Assembly: GCA_051294905.1 (NCBI GenBank)
Contig: CM119371.1
Span: 14,200,001 to 14,264,000, forward strand
Direction: 5' to 3'
Origin: Botryllus schlosseri
Taxonomy: Eukaryota
DNA: 64,000 bases
In this document: piece by piece, positions 50,901-64,000 of the stretch
How the letters are laid out: every line of letters starts with the position of its first letter
Position numbering within the stretch: position 1 is the first letter of the stretch
Position numbers and translations under genes: made by a program
Notes under the pieces: generated by a model
Seen by the model: only the letters and a program-made list of their open reading frames with translations
What the model was told of the DNA's origin: nothing
Databases searched by the model: none

Positions 50901-53900
50901 TATGTAGGCTCAATAGACTCACCAGAAAAGATAGAAACTAGAATTGAATGAGAAATTTGCTACTTCCTTTTATATATATATTACATGTTACACGTTATTT
51001 AGTTGCAGTTTATGCATGATGAAGTCTCAGTAAAACCACCTACTTGATTTTGAGAGTTGGGTATCTCTTGCTTGTTATATGTACTGTTATTAGACTGTCT
51101 GGAGTCGCTAAATTGTACTGTCTAATTTAATTAACTACTGTTTTCTTGGATATCACATCAAACCGCTACAAGCGAGTAGTATAGGCAACTTTTAAACAGA
51201 CATAACATTTTCGGCATCGTGACGTAAAGTAAGTCCGAAGCAGACCCTGAAATCTCCACACTACGTCACCATTCTGCTACCCAAGTTCAGGACTTCTATC
51301 GTCAGTCTGCGAACCCCGAAATGTCCTGGTTCGTGTGAACGCGAATGGGGACATATGACGTCACGTTACGTCATATTGCTAATTCCAAACTTTAGATATA
51401 ATAATGTACAATGTACATTGTTCATGATACCTAGCGACGACTGATGCCACAATGCCGAAGTACATGCTGACTTTTTAAACGCCACCTAATGCATCAGCTG
51501 GAACAATAAAATGCTATATATTTTCAAAAAATCGCTTTGCCAATAATTTCGACGAGGAATCGGCTAGACCGGACAGATGTATTTTCAAGAGTTAAACACC
51601 GGTTTACTTGCGCCAGATATCATCCTACAAACAAGTTATATAGTAGCCAACACCAACAACCCAATCGGACGGATTTGGTTTTTATGATGCAATAAGGATA
51701 TCAAATAAAGATAGATTCCGCACGCCTGATGATTTTTTACGTGAGACATCGATGAATTCTTCATATCAATTTCGTTGATGTAAATAACTGATTGGATGAC
51801 TAAGCACAATTCACTTAATTCCTGCATGTAGTGTGTATCGTTCTTGCTGTTGTGTGATAGCGTGCAAAGCTCAGAGAGTCGCTAAAGTTTCACAAACAGA
51901 AAGCTGAATATTCCGAGCAAACTTTCGAGCAAATAATTTTTAAAATTGGCAAAGGTGGATGCCCGTTTAGTGCTGAATTTCTTTTCATGCTGCCAGCGCC
52001 ATGCGGAGAGTGGTCGGAAGTTGAAATGCATGAAAGCCATATATGTTGCGATCACACTCAAAGGCGTCGTTGGAAACGTTATGTGTCTTCGCCATCACCT
52101 TTCTTTGTGGAAATGGATTTTCGGCACTCGTTCATATCAAATCGACAGCACAGATTTTCAAGACATGGCCGCGTATTTCAAGAAAGGCAGCTACAGAATT
52201 CGCTTTGAAATGAGCAGAGCTGGTCAAAGTAGTCAGGAAAGCTACTCAAGTAAAAGTAGAAGTAGCGACAAAAAATCTACTCAAGTACGAGTAGAAGTAC
52301 TTGTTTCATAAGCAACATAAGACTACTTGAAGTAGAAGTAGAATTGACTGACTTTAAATCTACTCAAGTAAGTAAGTAGTTGTGAAAACGACTGTAATTC
52401 GTTCGCATGGACTGTCAAAAGCTGCAAATTTAGCTATGCGAAAGGTGCAGACTGCAGAGCTTGATTCATAATTATGCATACCAGGAGATATCCAATTTTC
52501 GACAGCATAAGCATTCGGCCGCATCATGGGATGAAAATGATAGTATTGATATGGAAATGCGATACTAATCCTCTGTTTACTCGAACAACCCGTTTTAGAA
52601 AATGTCATGGTATGACGCTCTCCCCCATAATTATAATGCCCGTAGTTTAGTCGAAGAACAATACGGAGAAGTTGTATTGGATACGGTGTAAGCATTTTGC
52701 GCGATTAGTAAACGTTAATAAAAAATATGATGGATCGTAAAAATGCCATGTGTTGCTTTATTTCCGGAAATTAAAAGCATTACTACACTTGCTTGTATTC
52801 CTCAGCATGTATGTTCTCCAGACAAAAGAACTGAAACTAATGCGAACTCAAAGTATGATAATGGGAATTGAAAGAGAAATACAAATACCACTTCTAAAAA
52901 CCGGAAATATATTTCATGTCTTTTTTTCCATAAAGCTTCAAAGGTGGTCTGCTAAAACAGGTGTAACATTCAAGAAAGCCGGATACTCCAAATTAGTAGG
53001 ACACGTCATGGGCTGCTAGATTACGATATGATTTAGGTAATTGCCAGATTGCGAAACGGTAGTTTCAAACGTTATGGTGGGCGATATTTACTCTGATGAA
53101 ATATTTGATATGGGTGACAATGCGGTGTGAGGGCAACCATGCGATCCGGTATCTAAATTATATTCACTGATACTTTCGTGAAAACATATTTGTCACTCCA
53201 TAACTACTTTGTGCGAAGCGCAACAAAGGTTCCGGGCATTATTTCTTATTGGGGGATTAAACTACTTCTACTTGACAAACTGAAAATAGCGAAAAGTAAG
53301 TAAGTAGATCAAAAAATATTACGAAGTAGAAGTAGAAGTAGAAGTAGAGAAAATCAGATCTACTTGAGTAAGTACCAGAAGTAGAGGAAAACTACTTGAG
53401 TACTTCCAAAAAGTAGAAGTACTTCGTTACTGACCATGACCACCTCTTGATATGAGACAGGTGGCCGAGAGCTAAATTTGAACTAAAACTGTGTGCGTGT
53501 GTGTGTGGGGGGAGGGGTCCGCGTGGGTCCGTGACTGTTCAACAGGCGTCCGCGAAGACAAAAGGTTGAGAACCACTGATGTAGTGCGAAGCTACACAAG
53601 TTGGTAGAAATGAGATGTATGCAAATTCGTGATCAAACCGCAGCATTGAGACAGGGTGCAGTGAAATAAATTAATTCGAAAAAATACTAAATATGATCTA
53701 ATCGTGATGTAGAACAGGCATTAGATTCTTTGGGGGTCGCATAAAAGGTACGAATTTAGCATTCCACGTCATTCATAGATACTTTTGTGACGTCATCATG
53801 AGTGATTCTCGAATACTCGAAACATATAATAATATAGCATAATATACTCGATTCAATATCGAATCCAGTGACTCTCAAACATTTTCAGACACGCCTCCCC

Positions 53901-56900
53901 TTTGATAATGGTGAATATTTTCGCGCCCACCTTATCGTATCACCAAAAAATGTTTAAAATAGAATCCAGAATGTTCGCAATCCCAAGACAAAGTTTGATA
54001 GCATGGAATGTTATCACAATTGAGAGACCTCTCCAATATGAAATCTGGACTATACATAGAGCAATATTTATGAGGTAGAAGCAAATCGCGTGTTACGCGA
54101 AAAAAAAACCTTCAGTTGGATGTATCATGTGCAACGGTAGCACGTAACAAATACATATTTTGGCGATTTTGGTGTCTAATCCCTTCTATTTTCTGACTTG
54201 GGCATGGCTCAAACGTATCTGACCATAAGCAAAACCGCAATATAATTAGGATTATTGCCATTGGCTGAAACTTGGAAGTTTCAGCACAAATTAAACTCAT
54301 TCCGAGTTCATAAACTTCATTTCCCTCCGGCTACTTCGCGCCCCCTTTCACATGCTTTCACTCCCACAGTATGAGAAACACTGACTAAGTAACTCGAGTT
54401 TGCCTTGTCCAAGAGGTGGATCAATTTATAATGAGATCCGAGTATATACATACCGTGTGTTGGATTATGCAGTTCAATAGATGAAATATTGAGCAATAAA
54501 ATATGAATACAGAATTAACATCCGGTACTTCACCTTATAAAATCCTGCGTAATTGTAAGATGACGTTGTTTCTTCATAATCGTATTCATACGCACTTCCA
54601 TTCTCGGGGAGCCAATCGTCGGTTGCGGTCGAGTCATAATACTGTTCCGGTAAATATGCAGCTGAGTTGTTTTCATCTAGTTCTCCCGAACTTTGCGCAC
54701 TCACACACCAGGTTGTCAGATCTGTAGTAATTACCAGGTGAGTCCATATTTTTATGCGGCTTTCATGTGCTAGAAACCAACTGCAACGACCTTTCTCCTC
54801 ATAGCAGGACTTCACCCGTCATAAGCAGGTGATATTTTTTTATCGAGCTGTAGGGATCGGGTGAAGTACCACGAATAGGCAGGGTCTACTGCTCTGAGCC
54901 AGTCTAATTGTCATAACACGAATAGCAAGCAGCGTTCGATTTTCGTCTGGAGGACACCAATAATGTACATCGCAATATGTATAGACTTAACAATCCCCGT
55001 ATATAGAAGCCATTAGAAGTTCATAGCGTATCACAACAAACAATATGTTCATAATGCCAAAGTTCTTCCACTTGTAGTTTTCGACAGAGTTTCATCAGAA
55101 GTGAAGACCTATAATAACTGCGGTTAACCAACCTCGACATAATAATGTCAAGCATCCATAATCGCGAACGACATATTACCGCATTTATTGACGTTCGCGC
55201 CTGATGAGAGTCAGTCGAAAAGCATTGAGAGGAATAAATTGTACAATATGAACATATTGGTTGCTCGAACATCAATATATATACATTATACAAATTTCAT
55301 GATAGCAATGTTTAGTCGTGAGTGTGACCGGTAAGTTGATGCGTTCATTTACTGTGAATGATTGAAATCTTGGGAAACCAGTAATATTTCCAAAGTCAAT
55401 TTGCAGCATTATATACCATGAAAGTGTGGTATATATCGATATTACTGTTTGTGTTGGATTGTGTCGATTTGTTATTTAGTCTAGGATTCGCAAAATACCC
55501 TATCAGAAACTCATTCTTACAGAAACGGAGTGATTATATAATATGAGGTGGTAATTCTAGATTTAAGTCTGACTGACGGTGATGGTATTCAAAACCGCAA
55601 TGTACGAGTATCATAACGGTCTAACAACAGCTGGAATTTGCGGTTCAATAGTAACATGTGGTATCAATGCAGTTTTATTGACATTGAATTTGAGTAGGCC
55701 TTACTGCAGACCTGGGCAATGTGCGGCCCGCGAAGCAATTCTGTGCGGCCCGCGAAAGGTTGCTTGGAATTCAAAACATAATACTTGCTTTTTGAATGAC
55801 TAAAACCATAGGCTGTGTCAACTGAACAGGAAATTCGTTTACTCTGAAGCATGTTCATTGTTCTTTAATATGCCACGATTACGCTGGTTACGTATACCTC
55901 GCATGCATAATCCAGATTCAAAATACAGGTAATGTGACAAAGTATGAATAGCAATTAAAGTCACAAGAAATCACCCATTCCATATAGTCTTCAAGCCTTC
56001 TTTGTTGCCATTGTCACATTACGCAATGTACGGCATGTGTTTCAAATTGTTACGTGATACGTTTCCAAATCCCTAATTCTAAGTTAATCAGAGCTCGCGA
56101 TTACTATATGACTCACCAAATCTATCCCCCACAAAGGAATAACGGCCTGTCAGAAAAAAGAAAGCCGAAAATTGAATTCAAAAAACGTTTATACCAGTGG
56201 TTCCCAACCTTTTTGTCGTCATTCCCCCCTATAGATTTATTCCAAGTCTTCATTCCCACTACCCAAAACTCCTGTATACCCTTTAAAATAGGGTTACACT
56301 ATTTTGAGATCATAAAAAGAGGACAATTTTTGTAAATTCTGAAATCTCCAAGAAAGACTGATGATTTTGGAAATTTTTCGATATTATTGTATTGACTAAA
56401 AAAAGGACATCATTTTGACTCGGCTCCCGATTTTTTACGAAACTCTGACGTTCGCTGCGTGGTGGGATTTAAATCCTTTTCATAGAAAAATAGGATCAAT
56501 TTCCCCAAAAAAGAGGTCATATAGGCGTCATCCGAGGACACTTTTAATTTGTATATTTCGAAACATACGTTCCAGAGCAGTTAACTGGTAACGGTAATCG
56601 CTCATGTATCGCCGTAAATATGTAGACAATCCTGTATATAATGTTTAACGAATGCGTCTATTCCACGTCAGAAACCATTAGTTGGAAATCACTGGTTTAG
56701 ACTTTGAAGCACTAAACTTTTGTATACTGTAGTCAGGGGTAAACCCTTCCTAATAGTGTTTGCCCAGCATGTCGCCGAGATTAAGGATTTTGATTAAAGT
56801 CGTTCTTATGAAGAAAAAAAAACGAAACACTCGGTCAAGGGAGGGCGAAGGTCAGAAAACTACAAGCTTCGCTCAACTTCAAGGCTATTTAAGCTGCACA

Positions 56901-57859
56901 CTGTTCGGAAGGCAGCTACTATGAAAATGTGCTTTGTACCATTGCATCTACATTTCTGTGCAGTAGTTCTCAAATTGGAGGCGTGAAAGCTTCAGAAGGG
57001 AGCGATTTTTTTCGCGCTTCGCGTGATTTACCCCTAGCTTATAGTTGTTGCTCTGTGTATTGTCAGACTTTGATATTTCAGAATTCACTCATCAACAGAG
57101 AGTTAAAATGTATCATGTTAAACATTGTTTCGAATCATGACGGCAAATAGATATTTTCTAATTTACCGTCACTTTCTCATTACCTAACATCTACACATTC
57201 ACTGAGCTGCATTTATTAACAATCTAATTTAGAAATAAAATTGAAATACGCAGGAGAATATTGCTGAAAATTTCACTCGGCCCGCCAACGTAGTTTCTAC
57301 TACTCATTTGGCCCGCGGAGGAAATTAATTGCCCACCCTTGCCTTACTGTGATTGTGGCATCACATTGATACCATGCCATATACGTAGCCCCTTTTACAT
57401 CAAGATGACTTTCTCAGTACATAATGCTTATTTTACGTTATGAATTACGCAGTTACGCGGATGTTTTAGGCATAGGCGAGCTACTTTCGCTACAAATAAC
57501 TCAAACTTCGTAGGCAATTGTTATCACTGAGCGGTATTAACAATGATCTGGGTATTAGAAATTTTCGTGAACGGCGGTGCGTCAAATAATCATTGCTCCT
57601 TTAATCGCCATTTTCTTTGCACTCGCTCAGTGCTTCACCCGACGCGAGGTAAAACGCCTCGAGCAATTGTAAAATAACAAATAGTCTGATAAGACTTAAT
57701 GTGCATTGTACCCATGTAAGGTGAAAATTATTCGCGATCATAATAATTAATCAGTGCTCGATTTGCTAGGATGTTATGATGAAGCAACAATACGCGAACA
57801 TTTACCGGAGATATATACTTACAAATCATGAAGCCTGTCAACAGAGCAGATCCATTCAT
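41911..57859 (-). CDS. LDLa-repeat class A GPCR (RXFP/GRL101-like 7TM, no LRRs), 8 coding exons, 1005 aa
   Basis: Minus-strand exons 57859-57823, 54721-54534, 50850-49859, 48642-48467, 45846-45599, 44473-43959, 43225-43083, 42629-41911 total 3018 nt, in frame. Signal peptide MNGSALLTGFMIYLTTWCVSA; LDLa signatures CDGARSCAGGEDE, CDGILDCLDLSDEC, CDGLVDCINATDEVGC, CNMVLDCDNGADEVGC, DGKLDCQFGEDEC; RXFP-type 7TM motifs GNAMV, NLAIADFLMGIYLL, W..S.LC, VCLP, VTDFLCWVP, FLPINSALNPFLY. Confidence 0.92.
44602..45126. mobile_element. hAT-like MITE
   Basis: CAGTGTTTCGCAAC / GTTGAGAACCACTG; TSD TTCTAGGA/TTCTAGGC. Confidence 0.75.
46136..46390 (-). mobile_element. tRNA-derived SINE, diverged
   Basis: Matches the family from head to tail; sits inside an old AGTA-type element (about 45978-46740). 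Confidence 0.85.
46830..47550. repeat. AGTTCT-rich degenerate element
   Basis: Arrays of AGTTCTAGTT at both ends; related to 30040-30490. Confidence 0.6.
47774..48106. repeat. Long inverted repeat, arms of about 155 bp with a 22-bp spacer
   Basis: 47774-47928 is the near-perfect reverse complement of 47951-48106. Confidence 0.92.
48807..48948 (-). mobile_element. tRNA-derived SINE, 5'-truncated
   Basis: 3' half of the family with (CAAA)n tail; TSD GAGCAGTT. Confidence 0.85.
48961..49834. mobile_element. hAT-like MITE with GGCCCG subterminal motifs
   Basis: TIR CAGGGGTGTCAAAC / GTTTGACACCCCTG; perfect TSD AGTTAAAT. Confidence 0.9.
52215..53448 (+). mobile_element. AGTA-rich hAT-like element, copy D
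   Basis: CAGAGCTGGTCA ... TGACCACCTCTT; TSD GAAATGAG/GATATGAG. Confidence 0.88.
55707..57341. mobile_element. hAT-like element containing a nested MITE
   Basis: CAGACCTGGGCAA / TTGCCCACCCTTG; perfect TSD CCTTACTG. Confidence 0.75.
56195..56694. mobile_element. Nested hAT-like MITE
   Basis: CAGTGGTTCCCAAC / GTTGGAAATCACTG; TSD GTTTATAC/GTTTAGAC. Confidence 0.7.
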
Positions 57860-60800
57860 GTTTACTAGATCTGTCGTGTATGGAAGCAATTGTAATATCG
57901 GTTTCTATTACGATGTCGACATATGTATCACTGCAACAGAAACACCAAATATATTATCAGATTGGACCTTATGGATCTGTAACCTAAATCATACCACGTA
58001 TGAGTAACACTGTTCAGATACTATATCGCGAAAGTTCACATTACTAAAATAGACAGGCAACATGTCCAAAATAACTACTTATTCCAAATCCGGACCAGAC
58101 CCATGTCCGCGAAAGCCGTAGACACGATATGACAAAACATTGCTCGCAAAACCGCCACACACTTATAAATATATATACCAATCTAGATTTATTACCGTTT
58201 TTAGTATAGCCAACCATAAGTCTGTGTTCGCTTAACACTGCACATTTTATTAAATGTGAACCGGTTAGTCATAGTCGGTCAACAGTGCACTGAACATTAC
58301 GCGCTCGATGTCATCAAGAACGATTTTCCATACTATTTTTGTTCACGAGTACTGATTAACCGCACGATTATTATGGTAATCAAATTGACAGACCGAATGT
58401 GCTTGTACGGCAATGTGAAATTCATGTTACAGTGCAACGTGAACAATCATCCAGTAACGCAATTTTAATTCGAGTTACGCGACTACTGGGAGACTTGATG
58501 CTGCGCACACGACAGATAAGGGGGATATAATTGAGTCTAAAAATATATGCTACATGCATGATGACTCATTATGAGACGAGGTTTATATAGCTAAATAGCA
58601 CCATGTCAGCAGACAAACCGCATTCGAGAATGTACAATTGAACATGGCGAGAATGAACGATTGAACATGGCCAGTACAAACACTTAGAGGATCGGTCTCA
58701 GTAAATGATTCAATTATTTGCCTATAACGCACGAATCTAAATAATAAGCCGACCAAGTTTTCCTGAAACCCAGATTTAAGTATTTGAAATATAGTCAAAT
58801 GACTACAATAACTCTCTGATAATGAATTGTGACTAACTGGGAGTTACTTACATCTTTATTCTTTAATGCCATTGCGCCGATTGCTCATAAATAAAAGCAA
58901 AAATATACAAAATGTATCCCATGTATTCAATAGATATGCGCTATGCAGTCGATTGGTACACTTACCATGGATTAGCAACGTAGGGGTCACGTTACTCATT
59001 TCGGGGAACGGAAACGGTATATTTATTCCACACGAATTGATCCACATCTTACTATTAAAAGGTTCAACTCAAACACTTAGCATACCAGCAGGTTAATTAC
59101 AATAATATGCGATGCAATCATACGCCGGACGTTTAGATTTATGATAAAAAGATATAAATCCTTTGACAAATGGTACGTTTCTTGGTGTCAGCGGACTTAT
59201 CGCTGATACACTGCCCATAGCAAGTTTACGCTGACCTGGTGCTATAACCAAATTCATTCATCCCCTCAATTCACTACTGCATGGCATCCGCGCGACATGG
59301 CTTGAGCGAACGTCGGCATCGAACATAATATGGTCGGGACAGTGGGCAGATATACCACGTCGAAAAAGTAGGCCTATTCTATAGCGGATCACCATTTAAG
59401 AAGTAAAACTAATCGATCGTATCAATGAAAAGTTGATGGGTTATAAAAACGAGCAATAAAGGTGGTAAACCTACTGCAGAAGACATTGAAACAGCGGGCG
59501 AGACAAATTATTTATTGGTTTGGAATAGACCGAGTTCATTGAGACAAGCGATCCTAGTGATATCTATATCTAAAAGACAACTTAACTCTTAGAGCAAACA
59601 TTTTTACCAAAAAAGCTTCCCTGTCTGCTCAAAAGACAATGAATACTTTACTCTGTGAAACCGTAAACAGTGTAAACTGGATATTCATTTGACTTGCAAT
59701 AAAAGTTTAGCAAGTGAGAATGCCAGTGGAATGGAAACCTTCACAACTATATGACTCTCATTGCGCCAAGGCTGTGGTGTATATTTACTATCCCGATCTT
59801 GTTATCAATATAATTTTAACCGGGAGGTATCGCGTACAATTTTAAATAAATTTAAGAGCCAGTAAAAGGGTTTGTGAAGCCCTGCTCTATTCCACCGTAT
59901 CCGCTCTCTCGTAGTTTTGGATATGTGAACAAATTCTCGATCCTCGAAAATTCTACTCGTTTTCACCTGTCAGTCAGTGCCATTCAAGGATGAGTAAGTA
60001 GCTAAATATCACCGAAGAAATCCCCAACACAGGAAACAATATGACCATTCGCATAATTTTACAATAGCTCTAGTTTAAAAATATTTCTAACTAAGTAGGT
60101 GAATTCGCCTGTCGGCAGTAACTGAATCGGCAACAAAACGTATAGACGTGGCGTAATTAACCAATTACCAGTCAACTATCGCTCTTGAACACTAGACGCG
60201 AAACAACAACAACGATTCCCGACGTGATCGAATTGATTCGAAAACGCGTACTGTATATAGAAATAGCCAACACGGCATCGGAGTTTCCCTCACGTTCCCG
60301 TTGCTTTGCTGCGAAAATATAACTTCCTCAACCTTGTATAACTTCTAGGCAAACCTTGGAAAACTAGGCACGGCCGCAATATCGGCAAACTCTTTGCATG
60401 ATATTCTTATCTCTAACAATATTCCCAGTGACTACTACAACTAGTTCAACGTTTGTAGGATGCTACGCATATTGGTGAATTACACCTTGTAGAATTGCCC
60501 GATTAAATGTCAATTCGTAAAGAAATGAGCTATCGACTCAACAATAGCGAATGACATCGATATGCCTTACGAATTGACCGCCAAGTCCAATAATAAGATG
60601 ATTTTTGGATTGTTACTCAAAAGGAAGTTGTACAAATGTATTGAGCAAACAAGGGAACATTCGTTCTGCAGGTGAACTTGCAAAGATTCAGTCCTGTTGT
60701 CGTCATTTCATATGCTAGGGATTGCCATCGTAGTTACTATATTCTAGGGGGCACGTCCGTAAGCTATCGATAGGCGACGTACACCGAATTTGGGTAGCTT

Positions 60801-62892
60801 GACCAGACCAGTCATTGCGCAGCACGTGACTTTCAATGATATGCCCGATACAGTAACCCCAAAACAATTATATGTCGGAGTGTAAACCGGAAAGTTGAAC
60901 CTCCGAGTTAAATTGTGATTTAATGTAATTTACTATTTTATAACATACACGTCGATTATTACTTCCCGAAAGCATTCGGACAGAAAAAGAAAAAGCAGTG
61001 AGACACTTAGTTAGTCTTCTCCGGTCGTACAGAAGGCCGATAACACTCGTTCTCCAACTAGAATTTGTCATATCGATGTCTTTATCCTGCAACTGAGCAG
61101 AACAGAGTTTGATTACTTTATATACAGGTTTATGTTTACGATTCCAGAGAAAAAAGAGCCAGACTTGTCATAAGCTCCTAGCTCAAAAGACGACACATCA
61201 TGATAGCTCTGATTGCGCTCCAGTCCTAGAGAATCCTTCTAGTTTGGGCGCCATTCTGTGAGTCTATTTCTACCTTCGTCGCACCTTCGCCAGAGAACAC
61301 TTGAGTGCTGACCGTGCAACACCATATCTCGTAACAAACTAGAGGAGCTTTTCCTATGCATGTCACTAAATATACCTTCCAGAATACTTTGCGGCGCGGC
61401 AACATCCATTATCTCCCCGCGACAGCATCAATCTGAACAACAGATGCGCAATACTCTCGGTGCGACATTGGCGCGAAACTTGTCTTCTCTCCAACTGTAT
61501 TCTCTCGAGACCATCAGCGCTGCTACGCTCTCTAACCTAACGTGATGGATATTATGTGGATGTGGATCTCTGTGATTTCGTTTTGTTCTTGTGACATTGT
61601 GGGTGTCATGAATACTGCGGTTAGTCAGAGTCTGGTGTTTGTTACTAAATGTATGTGTTTTGACGACGGCGCAGTATCATCTTAACGTAGTCATAGTTTT
61701 CCGTATTACAACTTCTGGTTGGGATTTTACACTCCCGGAAAACTGCTTAACTCACACGAACTTTGTCGTACTGTGTCACTTGCTTCCTGGTAGGCTTTTC
61801 GATAACACCACCGCTTTGCGAAAGCCATGATCTCCCCTCCACGTTTTACTACACCATTCGCCTGTTCAGTACGCTATCAATCCGTAGTATTACATAGCAA
61901 TGTACAACGCACATTATGAATTATGAATAGTTGCATGCGACTCAACTTAAGTTAAGTGACTGTTAGTTTCTCAACAAATGCTATTCGTCGGTACAGAATG
62001 GGTGGGATTCAAGATGTCCAAAGAGAGGCATTGCTTAGAAGCTGCTATATATGCAGGATAAGCCTTCTTAAGATTGAAAAGGATGTCATTATCACTCAGC
62101 CAGACGACTCAGTATAACTGTATAAAATCCATCTCCATTAAAACGTAGATGGCAAGAAAATTCCTATAGGCTTGCGACGATGGTGTAGCCACGGCGAGGT
62201 TGATGAAAGAGAGATACAAAGTTCAGACGTCGTGTATTTGAAGTAATGCAGGTATAGTCAACTTCAAAATCTCCTCTCGTTCCTGGAATAAATCCAAGCG
62301 AGAATTGTAAATCAACCTAATACGCTACGCATCTTCTATTCCGAATGGTAATTAACCTGACGATACATCTCAACCTGGTATGTTGAACACTATTATATCA
62401 TGCTAGCATGCAGTTCGCTTAGTTAAATCCACTCACCATTCGAGTATTAACTGTTTTAGATTACGTAACCCAAACATGGTGGTGACTCGTTTGTAATCAT
62501 GTCAGTCGTATGACAGTTCATTAGGCCTGAAATCCTTATACAGTAAGTTTCTTCCATGACATTGCTCAAGTCTACAAAACAGATCCAATGCATCACGATT
62601 TTCGACTTGCATTATTTGCGTTGCGTAAACAACAAATGTTGTATGTATGGCTTGTTGCGCTAATTGAGATGCCTGCCGTTTTACATTATAATTCGCATTT
62701 ATTCTTTCTCGACTGTTGTACAAAATGGGAATTTTAGTAACATATATGTTACTTGGTTAGCGTCGCTATAAGACTATAGGGATGGTGTCTGTGTTATTGT
62801 GTCACATTATTACTGTGGTTAAGCCTGCTTAGAGTTGTGTCATCACCCAACATGGCTGAGTCGTAAAATCAAACACCTGAGTTAATATATTC

Positions 62893-63140
62893 TAGGGTTA
62901 CCATACGACCTCTTTTAAGAGGATTTGTCCAAATTCGACTAAGATACAACAAGTCAGCACTGTAGTAACGCTACGGCGGCTATTTCGGGAGTTGGGCCGG
63001 AAAATTGACCTTCTTTTTTAGTCAACCGATCATGAAGTGGAAAAAATTTAGTATATTTTCAGGTTTTGCCTCCGGTTTTGCAAATTTGCAAATTTTGAAA
63101 AAGCGTCCTTATTTCAGATTTCCATAGTATGGTAACCTTA
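62893..63140. mobile_element. TAGGGTTACCATA MITE, shortened copy
   Basis: TAGGGTTACCATACGACCTCTTTTAAGAGG ... TATGGTAACCTTA; matches 35507-35940. Confidence 0.75.
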
Positions 63141-63750
63141 TTATGTTCCTAAGCGAATTTAAAGATTCAAGTTGAATGGAGCATTCGCTTGTATCTCATT
63201 ACAACAGTAAGACGTCGTTGACAACTACCAATATATGCCTTTCAGGCAATAACGAGGTAAATACCGGCAATTATAGTGACCATGTTAGCCCACCCTAACA
63301 GAAATGTCGCTTCCTTGAACGTGCCCAGAAGCAGTGCTACCTGTTTTGAATGCCATGATAAAGGTTTCAAGGCATGCCGTAGCTCGCTTGAAGCATAGAC
63401 TTGGTTGTGGGGGGGGGGGGGGTCGCGTACGTTTAGTAGATAATTTTCGCGACTGACACAATCGGACTTACCAGGTTTTACACTACTAATAGGTGCCATT
63501 TTCGGAAATATGTTAAAATGTAAAGTTTTCGTGTTGCAGGGGCTGTTTCGATCAGTTTTTATAACAGTTTCACTCGGAAAAGTGATGCGAAGTTATACCA
63601 AAGGAGCTTTCTACTTTTCAAAATCAAAATAAAAAAGTATGTAACTTGTACTGAAAAACTGGAAGTAGTGTAAAAACACACCCATTTGAGTAAAGTGCAG
63701 TTGGACAAAACCTTATTGAGTACGGAGAAAAGTGTAAATAACTCGCTACT

Positions 63751-63940
63751 TCCGATACCTAAGCGTTGGAGGTTTACCTAGGCTCCTCCTCGCCACCTAA
63801 TCCGCGTCAGCGGTGTCTTACAAAAAACCTAGAGGTGGGCCATGCTATAAGTCGGCAGTTACGGAAAATAAGAAGAATATCGGCCTGGTGTAAATGACCA
63901 CAGTAGTCGACAAACACCATGAATACCCCCAAAACAAACA
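63751..63940 (+). mobile_element. tRNA-derived SINE, 5'-truncated
   Basis: Family body with (CAAA)n tail; 11-bp TSD AACTCGCTACT. Confidence 0.88.
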
Positions 63941-64000
63941 AACTCGCTACTGACAAGCTTAGAGTATTCATTGCTGATGATTGCACTCATAACTAGGGCC

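Noticed and set aside
63242..63499. 85-aa ORF with a hydrophobic C-terminus
   Set aside because: No recognisable family motif or supporting exon chain; crosses a poly-G run.

Overview
AT-rich, repeat-dense animal (eukaryotic) genomic DNA, not prokaryotic; almost all ORFs in the supplied track are spurious or single exons. I reconstructed two long, convergent, intron-rich GPCR genes by hand; every splice junction is GT-AG and phase-consistent. (1) Plus strand 1605-36880: a 21-exon class C, metabotropic-glutamate-receptor-like GPCR (signal peptide, Venus flytrap, 9-Cys domain, 7TM; about 840 aa). Its pocket keeps the alpha-amino-acid contacts but appears to lack both basic residues that bind the distal carboxylate of glutamate. 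(2) Minus strand 57859-41911: an 8-exon, 1005-aa RXFP/GRL101-type class A GPCR with about 6-7 LDLa modules joined directly to the 7TM and no leucine-rich repeats. From recalled literature this architecture points to an ascidian (inference). Introns hold many non-autonomous hAT-like MITEs with 8-bp target-site duplications (TSDs), a recently active tRNA-derived SINE, decayed P-element/THAP9 and hAT transposases, long palindromes and a (TATC)n microsatellite. No CRISPR, rRNA or genuine tRNA was found. Nothing here is demonstrably a new system; the two atypical receptors and the SINE/DNA-transposon co-insertion pattern are the best leads.
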